A stretch of DNA of 64,000 nucleotides, from positions 1 to 64,000 of the IMG/VR virus record IMGVR_UViG_3300032213_001568. The stretch is one strand, 5' to 3'. Position numbers and translations under genes: made by a program. The stretch's first letter is position 1. The number at the start of each line of letters is the position of its first letter. The stretch is from a virus. Its lineage: Duplodnaviria > Caudoviricetes. Positions 10,726 to 21,184 of this stretch are shown in pieces. The notes beneath the pieces are model-generated. The model had not been told where the DNA came from and searched no databases. It saw only the letters and a list, made by a program, of their open reading frames with translations.

Positions 10726-10781
10726 ATTATTTACAATTAAGTTAATTAATTTAATATTATGACTAATAACTAATATTAGAT

Positions 10782-11375
10782 ATGGCAAAAAGTATTAAAA
10801 ATTCTCCTAAAATTTTGGGGTTGGATGTTTCAACTAAAACTATTGGTGTTGCATTGTTTGATTTATCTTCGAAAGATTTATTGGAATTAACTCATGTTTC
10901 ACCACAACCGAAACCAACACCTGAAACAAAGATTGAAGAAATGTTATTAAAATCTGCAACATTCAGAAAGAAGTTGGAAGAATATAAAGGTGTTGGTGTT
11001 GTTAGATGTGTTATTGAAGAACCTCTATTGAATAGTAATAATGCGTATACCATCGGTACATTATTAAGATATAACACATTAATTACTAAAGAAGTTTATG
11101 ATGTCTTGGGTATTGTCCCTGAATATGTATCAACGTATAATTCAAGAAAAGAAGCTTGGCCTGAATTGGTTAAGAAAAACGAAAAAGGTAAGTTTGTTTT
11201 ATTTGGAGGATATCCTAAAGATTGTGATAAGAAAATGATTATATGGGAACTTGTTGCGAAAAGAGAACCTCAGATTAATTGGTTATATACAAGAAACAAT
11301 ACATTAAAGAAAGAAAACTTTGATATGACAGATGCTTATACTGTTGTATTAAGTTATCTAAACTCTAAAAAATAA
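10782..11375 (+). CDS. RuvC-like Holliday junction resolvase
   Basis: ILGLDVSTKTIG, VIEEP and DMTDA catalytic motifs. Confidence 0.75.
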   Translation: MAKSIKNSPKILGLDVSTKTIGVALFDLSSKDLLELTHVSPQPKPTPETKIEEMLLKSATFRKKLEEYKGVGVVRCVIEEPLLNSNNAYTIGTLLRYNTLITKEVYDVLGIVPEYVSTYNSRKEAWPELVKKNEKGKFVLFGGYPKDCDKKMIIWELVAKREPQINWLYTRNNTLKKENFDMTDAYTVVLSYLNSKK

Positions 11376-11396
11376 TAGGATTTTTATTAAAAATTT

Positions 11397-11421
11397 AAGG
11401 GACTTTTTAGTCCCTTTTTTT
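11397..11421. terminator. Intrinsic terminator between convergent genes
   Basis: AAGGGACT-tttt-AGTCCCTT followed by T-run. Confidence 0.75.
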
Positions 11422-13894
11422 ATTTACATAATTCGTAAACATTCTGTTGAGAAGTCATATATAATGAATTCTTATTAGTGTCTACTGTTAATCCTAAAAT
11501 CAGTTTAGGTGAAACCGAATTAGTTTTTACAACTGTATTTGTACTCGCATTAATAACTGTAATAGTGTCATCATTATAGTTACCAACATATACATACGTA
11601 GAATCAAATGTTAATGTGTATGGTAAATCACCTACAGATATTGTTGAACCTGATGATAAAGTTATTGTATTATATGTTAAAACTTGGTCGTTAGCTCCTC
11701 TTAATACATATAATGTATTATTATTATAATTAACATAACATCTTGTCATATTTGTTTGACCTGTGATTGTGTTTGTAATTGTATTAGTGAATGTATCAAT
11801 TACTGAAATTGTATTTGCTCCTTGATTAAGTACAAATACTCTTCCTGTATTAACATCATAAGTTATAGACGTTGGATTAGTACCGACACTTATTGTTGAT
11901 AATACTGTGTTAGTTGGTGCATCAATTATTGACACACTATTTGTACTATAACTTGTGACGTAAATTCTATTATTGATTGAATCAAAAGTAGATTCTCGAG
12001 GGTTACTAACTAAAGAACCACCTATATATGAAAATGTTGAAGTTGTTTTATCAAAATCGACAGCGTAAACTATACCACCTAAATATCCTGTGGTAACAAT
12101 ATATAAGTAATTGTTTGTTGTGTCTAAAGTTAAATGAATAGGAACAGAACCTGAGAATAAACCGATTGATGTAATTAAATTATCATTATCCTGAGTATCT
12201 ATAATTCTAACGACCTGACCAACTGAATCTGCCACGAATAATAAACTATTTAACTCGTCATATACTGGACTATATAATGCGTTAGTATATCCTGATATGG
12301 TTGCAATAATACTTGGACAATTTAGTATTGGGGTTGGTGATGGTGTTGGTGTTAACGTTGGTGTTGGAGTTTGACTTGGTACTGGATTACAGAATTCACA
12401 ATCAAATAAATTACCACTTTCAATTGATTGAAGTATATTTGTTGGTGAACTTAAAATATCTGAAACATAAGTAACACATGATGATTTGCCATCAATTATT
12501 ACACTAAATGTTGCACCTGTAGAAAATGGGATATCTTCCGATACATAATACTTGTTAATGTTATTACAATCTTGTAAATATTTAGAAAATAAACTTGTAA
12601 ATTTAGATGAAAATGTATTAAATTCAGATGTACCTGTAACAATAACTCCTTTAACTGCGTTTGTTGGTGTAACACTTGGTGTCGGACTTGGTCCTGGGTA
12701 TGGATAATTAACTCCACTAAATGATAATGATTTATTATTACAAAGTGGGGTTGGTGATGGTGTGGTTGTTGGTGTTAAAGTTGGTGTTAAACTAGGTGTT
12801 GGTGTAGGTGTTGCTCCCGAAGTTATATTACAATCAAACACTGCTGTGAAATCAAAAGTATTACAAGAGTCAGTATTTGATGGTGTTGGTGTTGGACAAG
12901 AAGTACTTACATATGTATTATCTAAGTCTGGACAAACAGTATTACTACCTGTTTGTCCAAACAATTTACATTCACCATTTACACAAGATGATAAACACCA
13001 TCTTGTTTCACCTGTATTATAATAGATGTATGCTGAATTAATACCATCTGGTTTATAGAATACGTTATAACCATTAAATTGGTCGTAATTATAGTATATC
13101 CCATCATATTGGGTATACGCACTTAAATTTGTAAATACACAATAACTTGATTGAGGACATGCGGTGTAAATTGGTGATGGGGTGGGTGTATTTGTAGGTG
13201 TTACGGATAATGTTGGTGTTAAAGTTACACAAAATGTTGGAAGAGGTGTTTTAGTTACTGTAGGTGTTGGGGTCTTTGTTGGTGTAATCGATAATGTTGG
13301 TGTTGAAGTATTAGTTACTGTAGGTGTCGGTGTTTTTGTTTTAGTTACTGAAGGTGTTGGTGTTTGTGTTCTTGTTGGTGTGTTTGTTGGTGTTATTGAC
13401 AATGTAGGGGTAATAGTTGGTGTTGGTGTCGGTGTTTTTGTAACCGTTGCAGTAATTGAGACTGTTGGTGTAACTGTCGGTGTTTTAGTATTGGTTACTG
13501 AAGGTGTCGGTGTTTTAGTATTAGTGGGTGTTGTAGTTTTAGTTGGTGTGGTTGTTGGTGTTGTGGTTTTAGTTGGTGTTTGTGTTGGAGTTTTTGTCGG
13601 AGTAGTTGTTGGGGCGGGAGTGGACGTTGGGGTTGGAGTTGGACCTGGAACGCAAGGGTATATAGTTGTACATGCGGAACATGTTAAGTACGATGTTGTA
13701 TTTGCGCTAATTAAATTGAATTCAGTTGTTCCACTATTATAACCTGAGGTTATATATTGAGAACATCCGGTATATTTGTCGGTTATTAAATAATAGAAAG
13801 TATTTGCCGAAAATGTTCCCGCAGAATATGTTGTCTGTATTTGGAATGTAGTACCACTACAACAACCTGAAAATGAATAAAAATTTAATGCCAA
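11420..13894 (-). CDS. Mucin-like Pro-Thr-rich protein with C-terminal YVTN-type beta-propeller
   Basis: Long TPTPT tracts, Cys-rich linkers, repeats such as IYVTSYSTNSVSIID, VFVLNQGANTISVID, VYVGNYNDDTITVIN. Confidence 0.8.
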   Translation of the reverse strand: MALNFYSFSGCCSGTTFQIQTTYSAGTFSANTFYYLITDKYTGCSQYITSGYNSGTTEFNLISANTTSYLTCSACTTIYPCVPGPTPTPTSTPAPTTTPTKTPTQTPTKTTTPTTTPTKTTTPTNTKTPTPSVTNTKTPTVTPTVSITATVTKTPTPTPTITPTLSITPTNTPTRTQTPTPSVTKTKTPTPTVTNTSTPTLSITPTKTPTPTVTKTPLPTFCVTLTPTLSVTPTNTPTPSPIYTACPQSSYCVFTNLSAYTQYDGIYYNYDQFNGYNVFYKPDGINSAYIYYNTGETRWCLSSCVNGECKLFGQTGSNTVCPDLDNTYVSTSCPTPTPSNTDSCNTFDFTAVFDCNITSGATPTPTPSLTPTLTPTTTPSPTPLCNNKSLSFSGVNYPYPGPSPTPSVTPTNAVKGVIVTGTSEFNTFSSKFTSLFSKYLQDCNNINKYYVSEDIPFSTGATFSVIIDGKSSCVTYVSDILSSPTNILQSIESGNLFDCEFCNPVPSQTPTPTLTPTPSPTPILNCPSIIATISGYTNALYSPVYDELNSLLFVADSVGQVVRIIDTQDNDNLITSIGLFSGSVPIHLTLDTTNNYLYIVTTGYLGGIVYAVDFDKTTSTFSYIGGSLVSNPRESTFDSINNRIYVTSYSTNSVSIIDAPTNTVLSTISVGTNPTSITYDVNTGRVFVLNQGANTISVIDTFTNTITNTITGQTNMTRCYVNYNNNTLYVLRGANDQVLTYNTITLSSGSTISVGDLPYTLTFDSTYVYVGNYNDDTITVINASTNTVVKTNSVSPKLILGLTVDTNKNSLYMTSQQNVYELCK

Positions 13895-13898
13895 TTTT

Positions 13899-14120
13899 TT
13901 ATATACTTGTACAACCTGTTATTATGCAACCATTAGCATCTACAACCTTTAAACAATAGTAAGAAAAATCTTGTATTGGTTTTGGGACTGAAAAATCGTA
14001 TGGTAGCTCACCACTTCCAATACTTTTAACGTAATAACATGGACTACCACCTGAAAGACATAAATAAATGTCAAATGGAGTTGAACCTGTAATACTACTA
14101 ACCGTAATTGTTGTTGGCAT
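13899..14120 (-). CDS. Small Cys-containing protein, paralog of 6082-6381
   Basis: GSTPFDIYLC...CLKVVDANGC. Confidence 0.7.
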   Translation of the reverse strand: MPTTITVSSITGSTPFDIYLCLSGGSPCYYVKSIGSGELPYDFSVPKPIQDFSYYCLKVVDANGCIITGCTSI

Positions 14121-14158
14121 ATGATATAAATATAAAAGGGATTAAAACTTTGTGAAGT

Positions 14159-14187
14159 TTGACAACAATAAGTTTTTATCTTATTAT
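14159..14187 (+). promoter_or_regulatory. Promoter upstream of primase
   Basis: TTGACA-N17-TATTAT. Confidence 0.55.
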
Positions 14188-14194
14188 TAAGGTA

Positions 14195-15091
14195 ATGGAT
14201 GAAGATGAAATTTTACTTGAAATTATTAGGGACTTATTTGGTAAAGAGAAACATTATTATGCTTCCAAGGGTCAGATTTCAATAAACTGTCCATATTGTG
14301 ATGATGGGAAAAACAAGGGAAACCTTGAAATTAATATTAATGAACACGTATATAAATGTTGGTCGTGTTCAGATTCAAATGGAACACACGGGGTTTTAGG
14401 TAAGTTAATTGATATATTTGGAACCAAAAACCAAAAGAAAACTTACGACATATTCAAACCTGAGGAACACAAATCAAAACATGTTGAACTAAAAAAGTTA
14501 AAACTCCCCAAAGAATTTATTTCAATTAAGGATGCTAACCCCCTTCACATTCCACACAGAGAAGTTTTAAAATATATTAAGACACGTGGTATTACTGATG
14601 AGATGATTCAAAAGTTTAATATTGGGTTTGCTACCGATGGTGACTACGGAGGTAGAATTATCATACCTTCATATGGTATGGATGATGAGATTAACTACTT
14701 CATATCAAGAGCATGGTTTAAAACGAAGAACAAGTATAAAAATCCTGAATACCCAAAGGAAACAATCATATTCAATGAGAGGTTGATTGATTGGGAAAAA
14801 CCAATTTACTTATGTGAGGGTGCGATTGATGGGTTTTTTACACCCAACCCAGTTGTTCTACTTGGGAAGGTATTACATGAATTATTGTTTGAAACAATAT
14901 ATACCAAAGCTAAGTCAGATGTTATTATATGTTTGGACGCAGATGCTTGGAAAGACGCTCAAAAACTTTACAACCAACTAAATGGTGGGAAGTTAAGGGG
15001 GAGAGTGAAGATTCTAAAACTACCAAAAGATTCTGATATTGCGGATTTAAAAGGTAAGATAGATGATTATTTTTATGAAATGAGTTATTAA
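14195..15091 (+). CDS. dnaG: DnaG-type DNA primase (Zn-finger plus TOPRIM)
   Basis: CPYC...CWSC, RIIIP, KYKNP, LCEGAID, CLDADA, DIAD; ATG 14195 preferred over the TTG at 14159, which is part of the promoter. Confidence 0.85.
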   Translation: MDEDEILLEIIRDLFGKEKHYYASKGQISINCPYCDDGKNKGNLEININEHVYKCWSCSDSNGTHGVLGKLIDIFGTKNQKKTYDIFKPEEHKSKHVELKKLKLPKEFISIKDANPLHIPHREVLKYIKTRGITDEMIQKFNIGFATDGDYGGRIIIPSYGMDDEINYFISRAWFKTKNKYKNPEYPKETIIFNERLIDWEKPIYLCEGAIDGFFTPNPVVLLGKVLHELLFETIYTKAKSDVIICLDADAWKDAQKLYNQLNGGKLRGRVKILKLPKDSDIADLKGKIDDYFYEMSY

Positions 15092-15094
15092 GAT

Positions 15095-15949
15095 ATGGAT
15101 TTATATAAAATAAGAGAAGAAATTATAGAAATAATTTCACAAAAACAAAAAGAACTTCAATTAACTTTTGAAGAAGAAAGTCATACGTATACAATGGCCG
15201 ATAAGGATGGTAACTTACGAAGTGATTGGCCCTCAGTATCTAAAATATTAAAGTTGTTTTATCCTGAGTTTCCAACTGACGAAGCTGCTCAAAAGAAATC
15301 TAAAGGTGACCCAGTTCTCAAACAACAATTAATTGAAGAATGGGCGGCTGCCGGTGATTACTCAACCAATATGGGTAGTAGGGTCCATTACATTTTAGAA
15401 CAAGCTTCACATAAAATGTTTGGAATAGATAAAGAGATTAGAAAACCTGAATTTGAATGTGATATCACCCAAATATTGAAAGGTGATAGTATGGTTACTG
15501 CAGGTAAAAAGTTTCTTAAATTAATGGAAGGAAGAGAAACAGTTTTATTAGATACCGAAATTGTTTTGGGCTCAAATGAATTGGGATATGTGGGGCAACC
15601 CGATAAGGTGTGGTTGGTGATAAATAAGAAGAAAGATGGGTTTGGTATTTTAGTTACTGACTATAAAACAAACAAACCTAAAAACTTTGAAAGTAACAAC
15701 TTTACAAAACCTATGTTTAAACCATTCCAAAATCTACCAAATACCGCTCTTGGACACTACTATGTTCAACTACCTTTATATGGTAAGTTAATCCTAAAAA
15801 TGTTGGAAGGAACAAAATACGAAAACATGAAATTATATGGATGTATTGTCGTATTATTGCAAGAGGATTCAGAGTTTAAAGAGTTTAGAGTACCACAAGA
15901 TGTGATAGATACTGTGATGACTATGAATGTAAAGGACTATCTGAATTGA
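15095..15949 (+). CDS. PD-(D/E)XK exonuclease
   Basis: SVSKIL, GSRVH, E..L, GQPD, TDYKT, QLPLY. Confidence 0.8.
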   Translation: MDLYKIREEIIEIISQKQKELQLTFEEESHTYTMADKDGNLRSDWPSVSKILKLFYPEFPTDEAAQKKSKGDPVLKQQLIEEWAAAGDYSTNMGSRVHYILEQASHKMFGIDKEIRKPEFECDITQILKGDSMVTAGKKFLKLMEGRETVLLDTEIVLGSNELGYVGQPDKVWLVINKKKDGFGILVTDYKTNKPKNFESNNFTKPMFKPFQNLPNTALGHYYVQLPLYGKLILKMLEGTKYENMKLYGCIVVLLQEDSEFKEFRVPQDVIDTVMTMNVKDYLN

Positions 15950-15976
15950 CAACGAACAAAAAAAATACTATATTTG
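15946..15976 (+). promoter_or_regulatory. Bacteroidota-type housekeeping promoter
   Basis: TTGACA-N17-TATATTTG, i.e. TTG-N20-TAnnTTTG. Confidence 0.7.
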
Positions 15977-15980
15977 AACT

Positions 15981-16178
15981 ATGATAAAACTAACATTTAA
16001 CACAACAGACAAAACAGTAAGCGTTGATTTAGGTCAACTTCATTTTGAGGATTACTTAAACGTATCAACAGTACAAATTAGAGAAGGTTACTACGAAGTA
16101 ATGACTAAAACTGATGAGAAATCTAAACCAGTACTTAGAGTACCGATTAGTAATACAATAATGTTTATAGTAGAATAA
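15981..16178 (+). CDS. Hypothetical protein
   Basis: 65-aa ORF in operon. Confidence 0.7.
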   Translation: MIKLTFNTTDKTVSVDLGQLHFEDYLNVSTVQIREGYYEVMTKTDEKSKPVLRVPISNTIMFIVE

Positions 16179-16179
16179 T

Positions 16180-16413
16180 ATGCAATTAGAAAAACCAAAA
16201 ATTAATTTAAGAGACATGGACTTCATTGTCTGTGACAAATGTGAACATAACGAGTTCAAAGAAATTACGTATCTAAAACGAGTACCAAAGTTATTGACTG
16301 GTTCACCTGATGATACTGTTGTACCTTTCCCAACATACGCTTGTTTGGCTTGTGGACATGTGAATGAAGAGTTAAACCCATTTCATACTGAATCTCCGAA
16401 ATTAGAACTATGA
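16180..16413 (+). CDS. Small zinc-ribbon protein
   Basis: CDKC ... CLAC. Confidence 0.7.
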   Translation: MQLEKPKINLRDMDFIVCDKCEHNEFKEITYLKRVPKLLTGSPDDTVVPFPTYACLACGHVNEELNPFHTESPKLEL

Positions 16414-17189
16414 TAAAAAAGTTAGTTCATTTTTCTGATTTACACATTAGGTTGTTTAAAGACCACCAATTGTATAAAACAATATTGGAGGATGCATTTA
16501 AACAATGGAAAGATATTGTTCCTGATAGAATTGTGTTTACAGGAGATTTGGTTCACTCAAAGAATCAGATGACACCTGAACTTGTTGAGTTTATCGCTTG
16601 GGTATTAACGGAATGTTCAAAGATTGCTAAGACGGTATTAATACCTGGTAACCACGACTTCCTTGAAAACAATATGGAAAGGTTGGACGCTCTAACACCT
16701 GTGGTTGATTCACTTAAAAATGAAATGGTGGTTTACTACAAGAACAGGGGGGTGTATCAGGATGAAAACATTGATTGGTGTGTGTATTCACTTATGGACC
16801 ATAACATACCACCTACGATTGAAAAATCTGATAGAGTTAAGATTGGATTATTTCACGGACCAGTTCAGGGACTTACAACCAACTTAGGATTTAAGTTTGA
16901 GGATGGGTTTGAAACATCAAAGTTTGATGGATGTGACTTGGTATTATGTGGTGATATTCACAAGAGACAAATCTTTGATATACCGGGTGGTAAGAAGGCT
17001 TACATGATTGGGTCAACCGTTGGACAGAACTATGGTGAAACAGTAACTAAACACGGATATGGAATTTATGATGTGGAAAAGGATGAGTATACAACAGTAG
17101 ATTTATTCAACCCAAAACCTTTCATATCGTTTAGAATAAACTCATACGAAGATATTGAAAATGGAACAGAAAAATTCGTTAACTATTGA
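16410..17189 (+). CDS. sbcD: SbcD/Mre11-like metallophosphoesterase nuclease
   Basis: SDLH, GDLVH, GNHD, FHG, GDIH motifs. Confidence 0.85.
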   Translation: MIKKLVHFSDLHIRLFKDHQLYKTILEDAFKQWKDIVPDRIVFTGDLVHSKNQMTPELVEFIAWVLTECSKIAKTVLIPGNHDFLENNMERLDALTPVVDSLKNEMVVYYKNRGVYQDENIDWCVYSLMDHNIPPTIEKSDRVKIGLFHGPVQGLTTNLGFKFEDGFETSKFDGCDLVLCGDIHKRQIFDIPGGKKAYMIGSTVGQNYGETVTKHGYGIYDVEKDEYTTVDLFNPKPFISFRINSYEDIENGTEKFVNY

Positions 17190-17613
17190 GTTAGCCAAAC
17201 AAGACATTGAGGATTTCAATTCGTTCTGTAAGATTAATGAAATAACCGACCCTAATGGTTTTGTTAAACTATGTTTTAGAAAGGGTTATTATATTGAAAA
17301 ATATGGGTTATTAAATCAGGGTAATCTCCCTGAGGTTATTGACAGAGAATTTGAAAAGGAAGTTATTGTTGAGGATAACTCAAAGATTGAAGAACTACAA
17401 AATGAAATTTACATTCTTAAAGGTAAATTGGAAGATAAAAAGGAAGTTGAGTGTGGTAAACTACAGGAAACCCTTTTTGAACTAAACAGACAATTAAGTG
17501 ATAAAAATAACACAATAAAAGAATTAACAAGAAAGGTAAATGAGCTTGAAGATATGACAAAAACTTCTTATGCTTTCTACCTACAGAATTCAAACTTAAA
17601 AAACAGAATATGA
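17161..17613 (+). CDS. Coiled-coil hypothetical protein
   Basis: Heptad-rich C-terminal half. Confidence 0.65.
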   Translation: MEQKNSLTIELAKQDIEDFNSFCKINEITDPNGFVKLCFRKGYYIEKYGLLNQGNLPEVIDREFEKEVIVEDNSKIEELQNEIYILKGKLEDKKEVECGKLQETLFELNRQLSDKNNTIKELTRKVNELEDMTKTSYAFYLQNSNLKNRI

Positions 17614-17960
17614 CACAGTTAGTATTATTTATGATTTTAGCCTACGGGTTTTCAACAATTATGGTTTATGGAACCATCTTCAAAGGAATGAGAGATTTCA
17701 TCAAAGCTTATGGAAACTCCGATTTAATTTTATCAAACACGTTCAACTTCATTTCAGGTATCTTATCCTGTATGATGTGTTGTTCCACTTGGATAGGTTT
17801 CTTTTTGGGAACGGTTTTATTCTCACCTACATATCAGTTTTTCGGAACAAGTCCATACATCTCATGGTTCTTTGACGGATTATTTGCGTCAGGTGCGGTA
17901 TGGGCAATCAACGCTTTCATTGAATGGTTTGAAGTAAACCGACCAGCTAAAATAGATTAA
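17610..17960 (+). CDS. Membrane protein, DUF1360-like
   Basis: About 3 hydrophobic segments, ILSCMMCCSTW motif. Confidence 0.55.
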   Translation: MTQLVLFMILAYGFSTIMVYGTIFKGMRDFIKAYGNSDLILSNTFNFISGILSCMMCCSTWIGFFLGTVLFSPTYQFFGTSPYISWFFDGLFASGAVWAINAFIEWFEVNRPAKID

Positions 17961-17980
17961 TTTAAAAACCAAATAAATAT

Positions 17981-18163
17981 ATGCCAAAGTCAAGATTAAG
18001 ACCAAACCACAAGCAGAAGGTTGCTGCGTGGAAATTAAGAAACATCCATGCTGAAAGACGCTATCAAAGAACAATGTCAGATTTGTTTGAAAAGATGAGA
18101 CAAACAGCTTCTGAAAAGACAGAAGAAGTAGAAACAAATGGACCTGTTCAGCCCGCAAATTAA
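17981..18163 (+). CDS. Small basic hypothetical protein
   Basis: 60-aa ORF with A-rich leader. Confidence 0.6.
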   Translation: MPKSRLRPNHKQKVAAWKLRNIHAERRYQRTMSDLFEKMRQTASEKTEEVETNGPVQPAN

Positions 18164-18179
18164 TTTCACAAAAGTTAGA

Positions 18180-20507
18180 ATGATAAAAGATTTAGATTTT
18201 TCAAAACTTGAAAATCCTTACGTACAAGTAGTATGGGAAGACACACCCGAAAATTTTACACAAGAAAAGTTAAAAAGTGTGAAAGCGTACTTTCAAAAAA
18301 AGTATTCAACTACAAGCGTAAATGTTATTACCAAGTTAAAGAAAACAGAAGAGGTACAAGACAATGTTGATGTAACTATTAACATTATGGACGAGAACTA
18401 TCAACACGATTTGATTAAGTCCATCCTTCAATCTAAATCCCAAGAAAACCTTTACGAAGATATACTGAAGATTGACTCGGCGGTAAACAATAAGATGATT
18501 GCCGAACAAGACGAGATTGCTTCATTTAAGAAGTGGTATATTAAGAAGATTGAGTTTTCTAACTTTCTATCTTATGGTGAAAACCAACATATAAACTTCG
18601 AAAAGTTGGGTGGGATTACCGTAATTGAATCGGACCCACCTAACTTTGGAGGTAAGACTGTGTTGTCTGTAGATTTGTTGATGTTTTTGTTTTTTAATAC
18701 AACAACAAAGACAAACAAAGCTGAGGAGATATTCAACAGATATTCTGACAAAGATAAAGTATCTGTTAGAGGAGAGATTATTATTGATGGTGAGGATTAC
18801 ATTATTGTTCGTGAACTTGAACGTAAGAAATCTAAATCAGGTGAATGGAATGTTAAGACAGAGTTAGACTTCTTTAAAAAGTTTCCTGATGGTTCATTGG
18901 TTAAATTCACGGGTGAACAACGACGTGAAACTGAAAAGTTTATTAAGACATCCATTGGAAGTTATGAAGACTTCCTGATGACGATATTAACCACTGGTAC
19001 TAACCTTGAGGACTTGTTGGAGGCAAAACCAACGGCTCGTGGACAAGTCCTATCAAGATTTTTAGGATTAGATTTCCTTAAAAGAAAAGAAGAGACTGGA
19101 AAAGAAATATATTCAGAGTTCTCCAAGTCAATGATTTCAAACATATACAATACTGAAACATTGAAGAATGAGAACGAAGAACTATTGGTTAAAAACCAAG
19201 AGTTTGATAAGAATATTGCTGAAAGTGAAGTTAAGATTGAAGATGTTAAGGGTAGGATTGTTAAAGGACAAGAATATCGTGATAACCTTTTGAAATCAAA
19301 GGTTGTTGTTGATAGAGAAATTTCATTACTTAATCCTGACAATACAAAGAAAGAAGTAGAAAACTTTGAACATCAAATCAAACAAAATGTTCAGTTAAGA
19401 GATGGTGTTAAGATTGTTGAACCTTCGGAGTTTTATTATGAAAATGAACATGATAAGGTTAAGGAAGAGTACCAAAAGACTTACAAACAAAAGGTTGAGT
19501 TAGATACTAACATATCATCCATCCAAAAGTTAAAGAGTTCAGTAAGTGGTGGTATCAAGTGTGAACACTGTGGTATTGAACTTATGAGCGCAGCAATTAC
19601 ACAATCAAGAATTGCTGAACTTGACGGACTTATCGGGCAAAAAACCCAAATTGAGGGGTTAATTCAAGAATTATCGGACAAAGAACAAGGTTTTGTTAAA
19701 CTTAAAAAAGACTTTGATGAGTATGAAAGAAACAAACTTGTATACGAAAAATACCAAGCAACTATTGAAAACTTTGAGTTAAAAAAGGAAAGTTTATTAG
19801 ATAAGTTGAAAAGATATGATGATGTACAAGATGTTATCAAATCTAACGAACAGATTGAAAGTCAAATCATTAAGGCTAACTTACGATTGGAAGATTTAAA
19901 ACGAGAGGAACAACTTGCCCAACAAGAGGTTGCTAATACAAGATTTAAGATAACTAATAACCTTGAAAAGATTAATTCTAATAACAACTTAATCATTAAG
20001 ATTTCTGAAGAACAACAAAAGGAAGTTAAGTATAAAGTTTATTTGGAGTTGTTTGGTAAGAACGGTATCTCAAAAAGAATTATGAAGAGCATGATGCCTT
20101 TGATTAATTCGGAACTTCAACGACTATTACAGGATTCTTGTTACTTCAGATTGGAAATCCGTATCAGTGAAAAGAATGAGGTGGAGTTTTGGATGATAGA
20201 TAACAATACTCAAATTGAAAAGTTAATGACTTCAGGTTCAGGATATGAAAAAACAATTGCTTCATTGGCGTTAAGAGCAGTGATGGCTAAAGTATGTTCC
20301 TTACCTAAACCAAACATTACAGTATTTGATGAAGTATTTGGTAAAATATCTAACGACAACTTGGAAATGGTTTATGAGTTCTTTATTAAGATTAAAGAAT
20401 ACTTTGAAAATATACTTGTTATTACTCACAACCCATTGATTTCAAATTGGTCTGATAATATTATTAGAATAACTAAAACGGATAATATATCCAAAGTATC
20501 ACAATAA
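18180..20507 (+). CDS. sbcC: SbcC/Rad50-like SMC ATPase
   Basis: FSNFLSY, Walker A-like NFGGKT, Zn hook CEHC, signature SGSGYEK, Walker B VFDE, H-loop ITH. Confidence 0.9.
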   Translation: MIKDLDFSKLENPYVQVVWEDTPENFTQEKLKSVKAYFQKKYSTTSVNVITKLKKTEEVQDNVDVTINIMDENYQHDLIKSILQSKSQENLYEDILKIDSAVNNKMIAEQDEIASFKKWYIKKIEFSNFLSYGENQHINFEKLGGITVIESDPPNFGGKTVLSVDLLMFLFFNTTTKTNKAEEIFNRYSDKDKVSVRGEIIIDGEDYIIVRELERKKSKSGEWNVKTELDFFKKFPDGSLVKFTGEQRRETEKFIKTSIGSYEDFLMTILTTGTNLEDLLEAKPTARGQVLSRFLGLDFLKRKEETGKEIYSEFSKSMISNIYNTETLKNENEELLVKNQEFDKNIAESEVKIEDVKGRIVKGQEYRDNLLKSKVVVDREISLLNPDNTKKEVENFEHQIKQNVQLRDGVKIVEPSEFYYENEHDKVKEEYQKTYKQKVELDTNISSIQKLKSSVSGGIKCEHCGIELMSAAITQSRIAELDGLIGQKTQIEGLIQELSDKEQGFVKLKKDFDEYERNKLVYEKYQATIENFELKKESLLDKLKRYDDVQDVIKSNEQIESQIIKANLRLEDLKREEQLAQQEVANTRFKITNNLEKINSNNNLIIKISEEQQKEVKYKVYLELFGKNGISKRIMKSMMPLINSELQRLLQDSCYFRLEIRISEKNEVEFWMIDNNTQIEKLMTSGSGYEKTIASLALRAVMAKVCSLPKPNITVFDEVFGKISNDNLEMVYEFFIKIKEYFENILVITHNPLISNWSDNIIRITKTDNISKVSQ

Positions 20508-20515
20508 GAAAAAAT

Positions 20516-21184
20516 ATGTTTTATTATTACGGAAGAAAAGAAAGAATATTTGGGAAATATCCAAAACCAAAACATGATATCATTATTGAACCATTTGCGG
20601 GTTCTGCGGCATACGCCATGAATTATCATGAAAGAGAAGTTATATTGGTTGAAAAAGATGAAAAAATTGCTAACCTATGGAATTATTTAATTAATGTTAC
20701 ATCAGATGAAATATTATCATTACCCATGGTACCAAAGGGTGAATCATTAAATGATGAAAAATACGGTTATCTAAATGACAATCAAAAATCATTAATAGGT
20801 TTATATTTAAATCCTGGTTCTTCACAACCAAAAAAATCACCAGGTAATTTCTGTGCTTGGCATGAAAAAAATAGGGTAAAATTATCAAAAGAAGTTTTGA
20901 AGGTTAAACATTGGAAAGTAATCCTTGGTGATTATACTCAAGCTCCTGATGTACAAGCGACTTGGTATATTGACCCACCATATCAGGGTAATGGTGGACA
21001 GTATTATCGACATGGTAATAAAGGGTTTGACTATCCTAAATTAAAAGATTGGGTGATGAATAGAACAGGACAAATTATTGTTTGTGAAAATACTGAAGCG
21101 ACTTGGATGGATTTTAAACCACTCGTTGAAATACAAGGTCAAAAAAAGAAAACAACTGAAGTAATTTTTTATTTGGAAAAGTAA
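20516..21184 (+). CDS. DNA adenine methyltransferase (Dam/D12-like)
   Basis: YYGRK, EPFAGSA, IDPPY. Confidence 0.8.
   Translation: MFYYYGRKERIFGKYPKPKHDIIIEPFAGSAAYAMNYHEREVILVEKDEKIANLWNYLINVTSDEILSLPMVPKGESLNDEKYGYLNDNQKSLIGLYLNPGSSQPKKSPGNFCAWHEKNRVKLSKEVLKVKHWKVILGDYTQAPDVQATWYIDPPYQGNGGQYYRHGNKGFDYPKLKDWVMNRTGQIIVCENTEATWMDFKPLVEIQGQKKKTTEVIFYLEK

Noticed and set aside
10782-11375. TnpB/Cas12 or transposase
   Set aside because: 197 aa single RuvC-like domain with no Zn finger, IS ends or guide region
12762-13742. Val/Gly-rich plus-strand ORFs
   Set aside because: Antisense shadows of Thr-Pro tracts
15095-15949. Cas4/CRISPR association
   Set aside because: No Fe-S cysteine pattern and no array; stand-alone phage exonuclease in a replication operon
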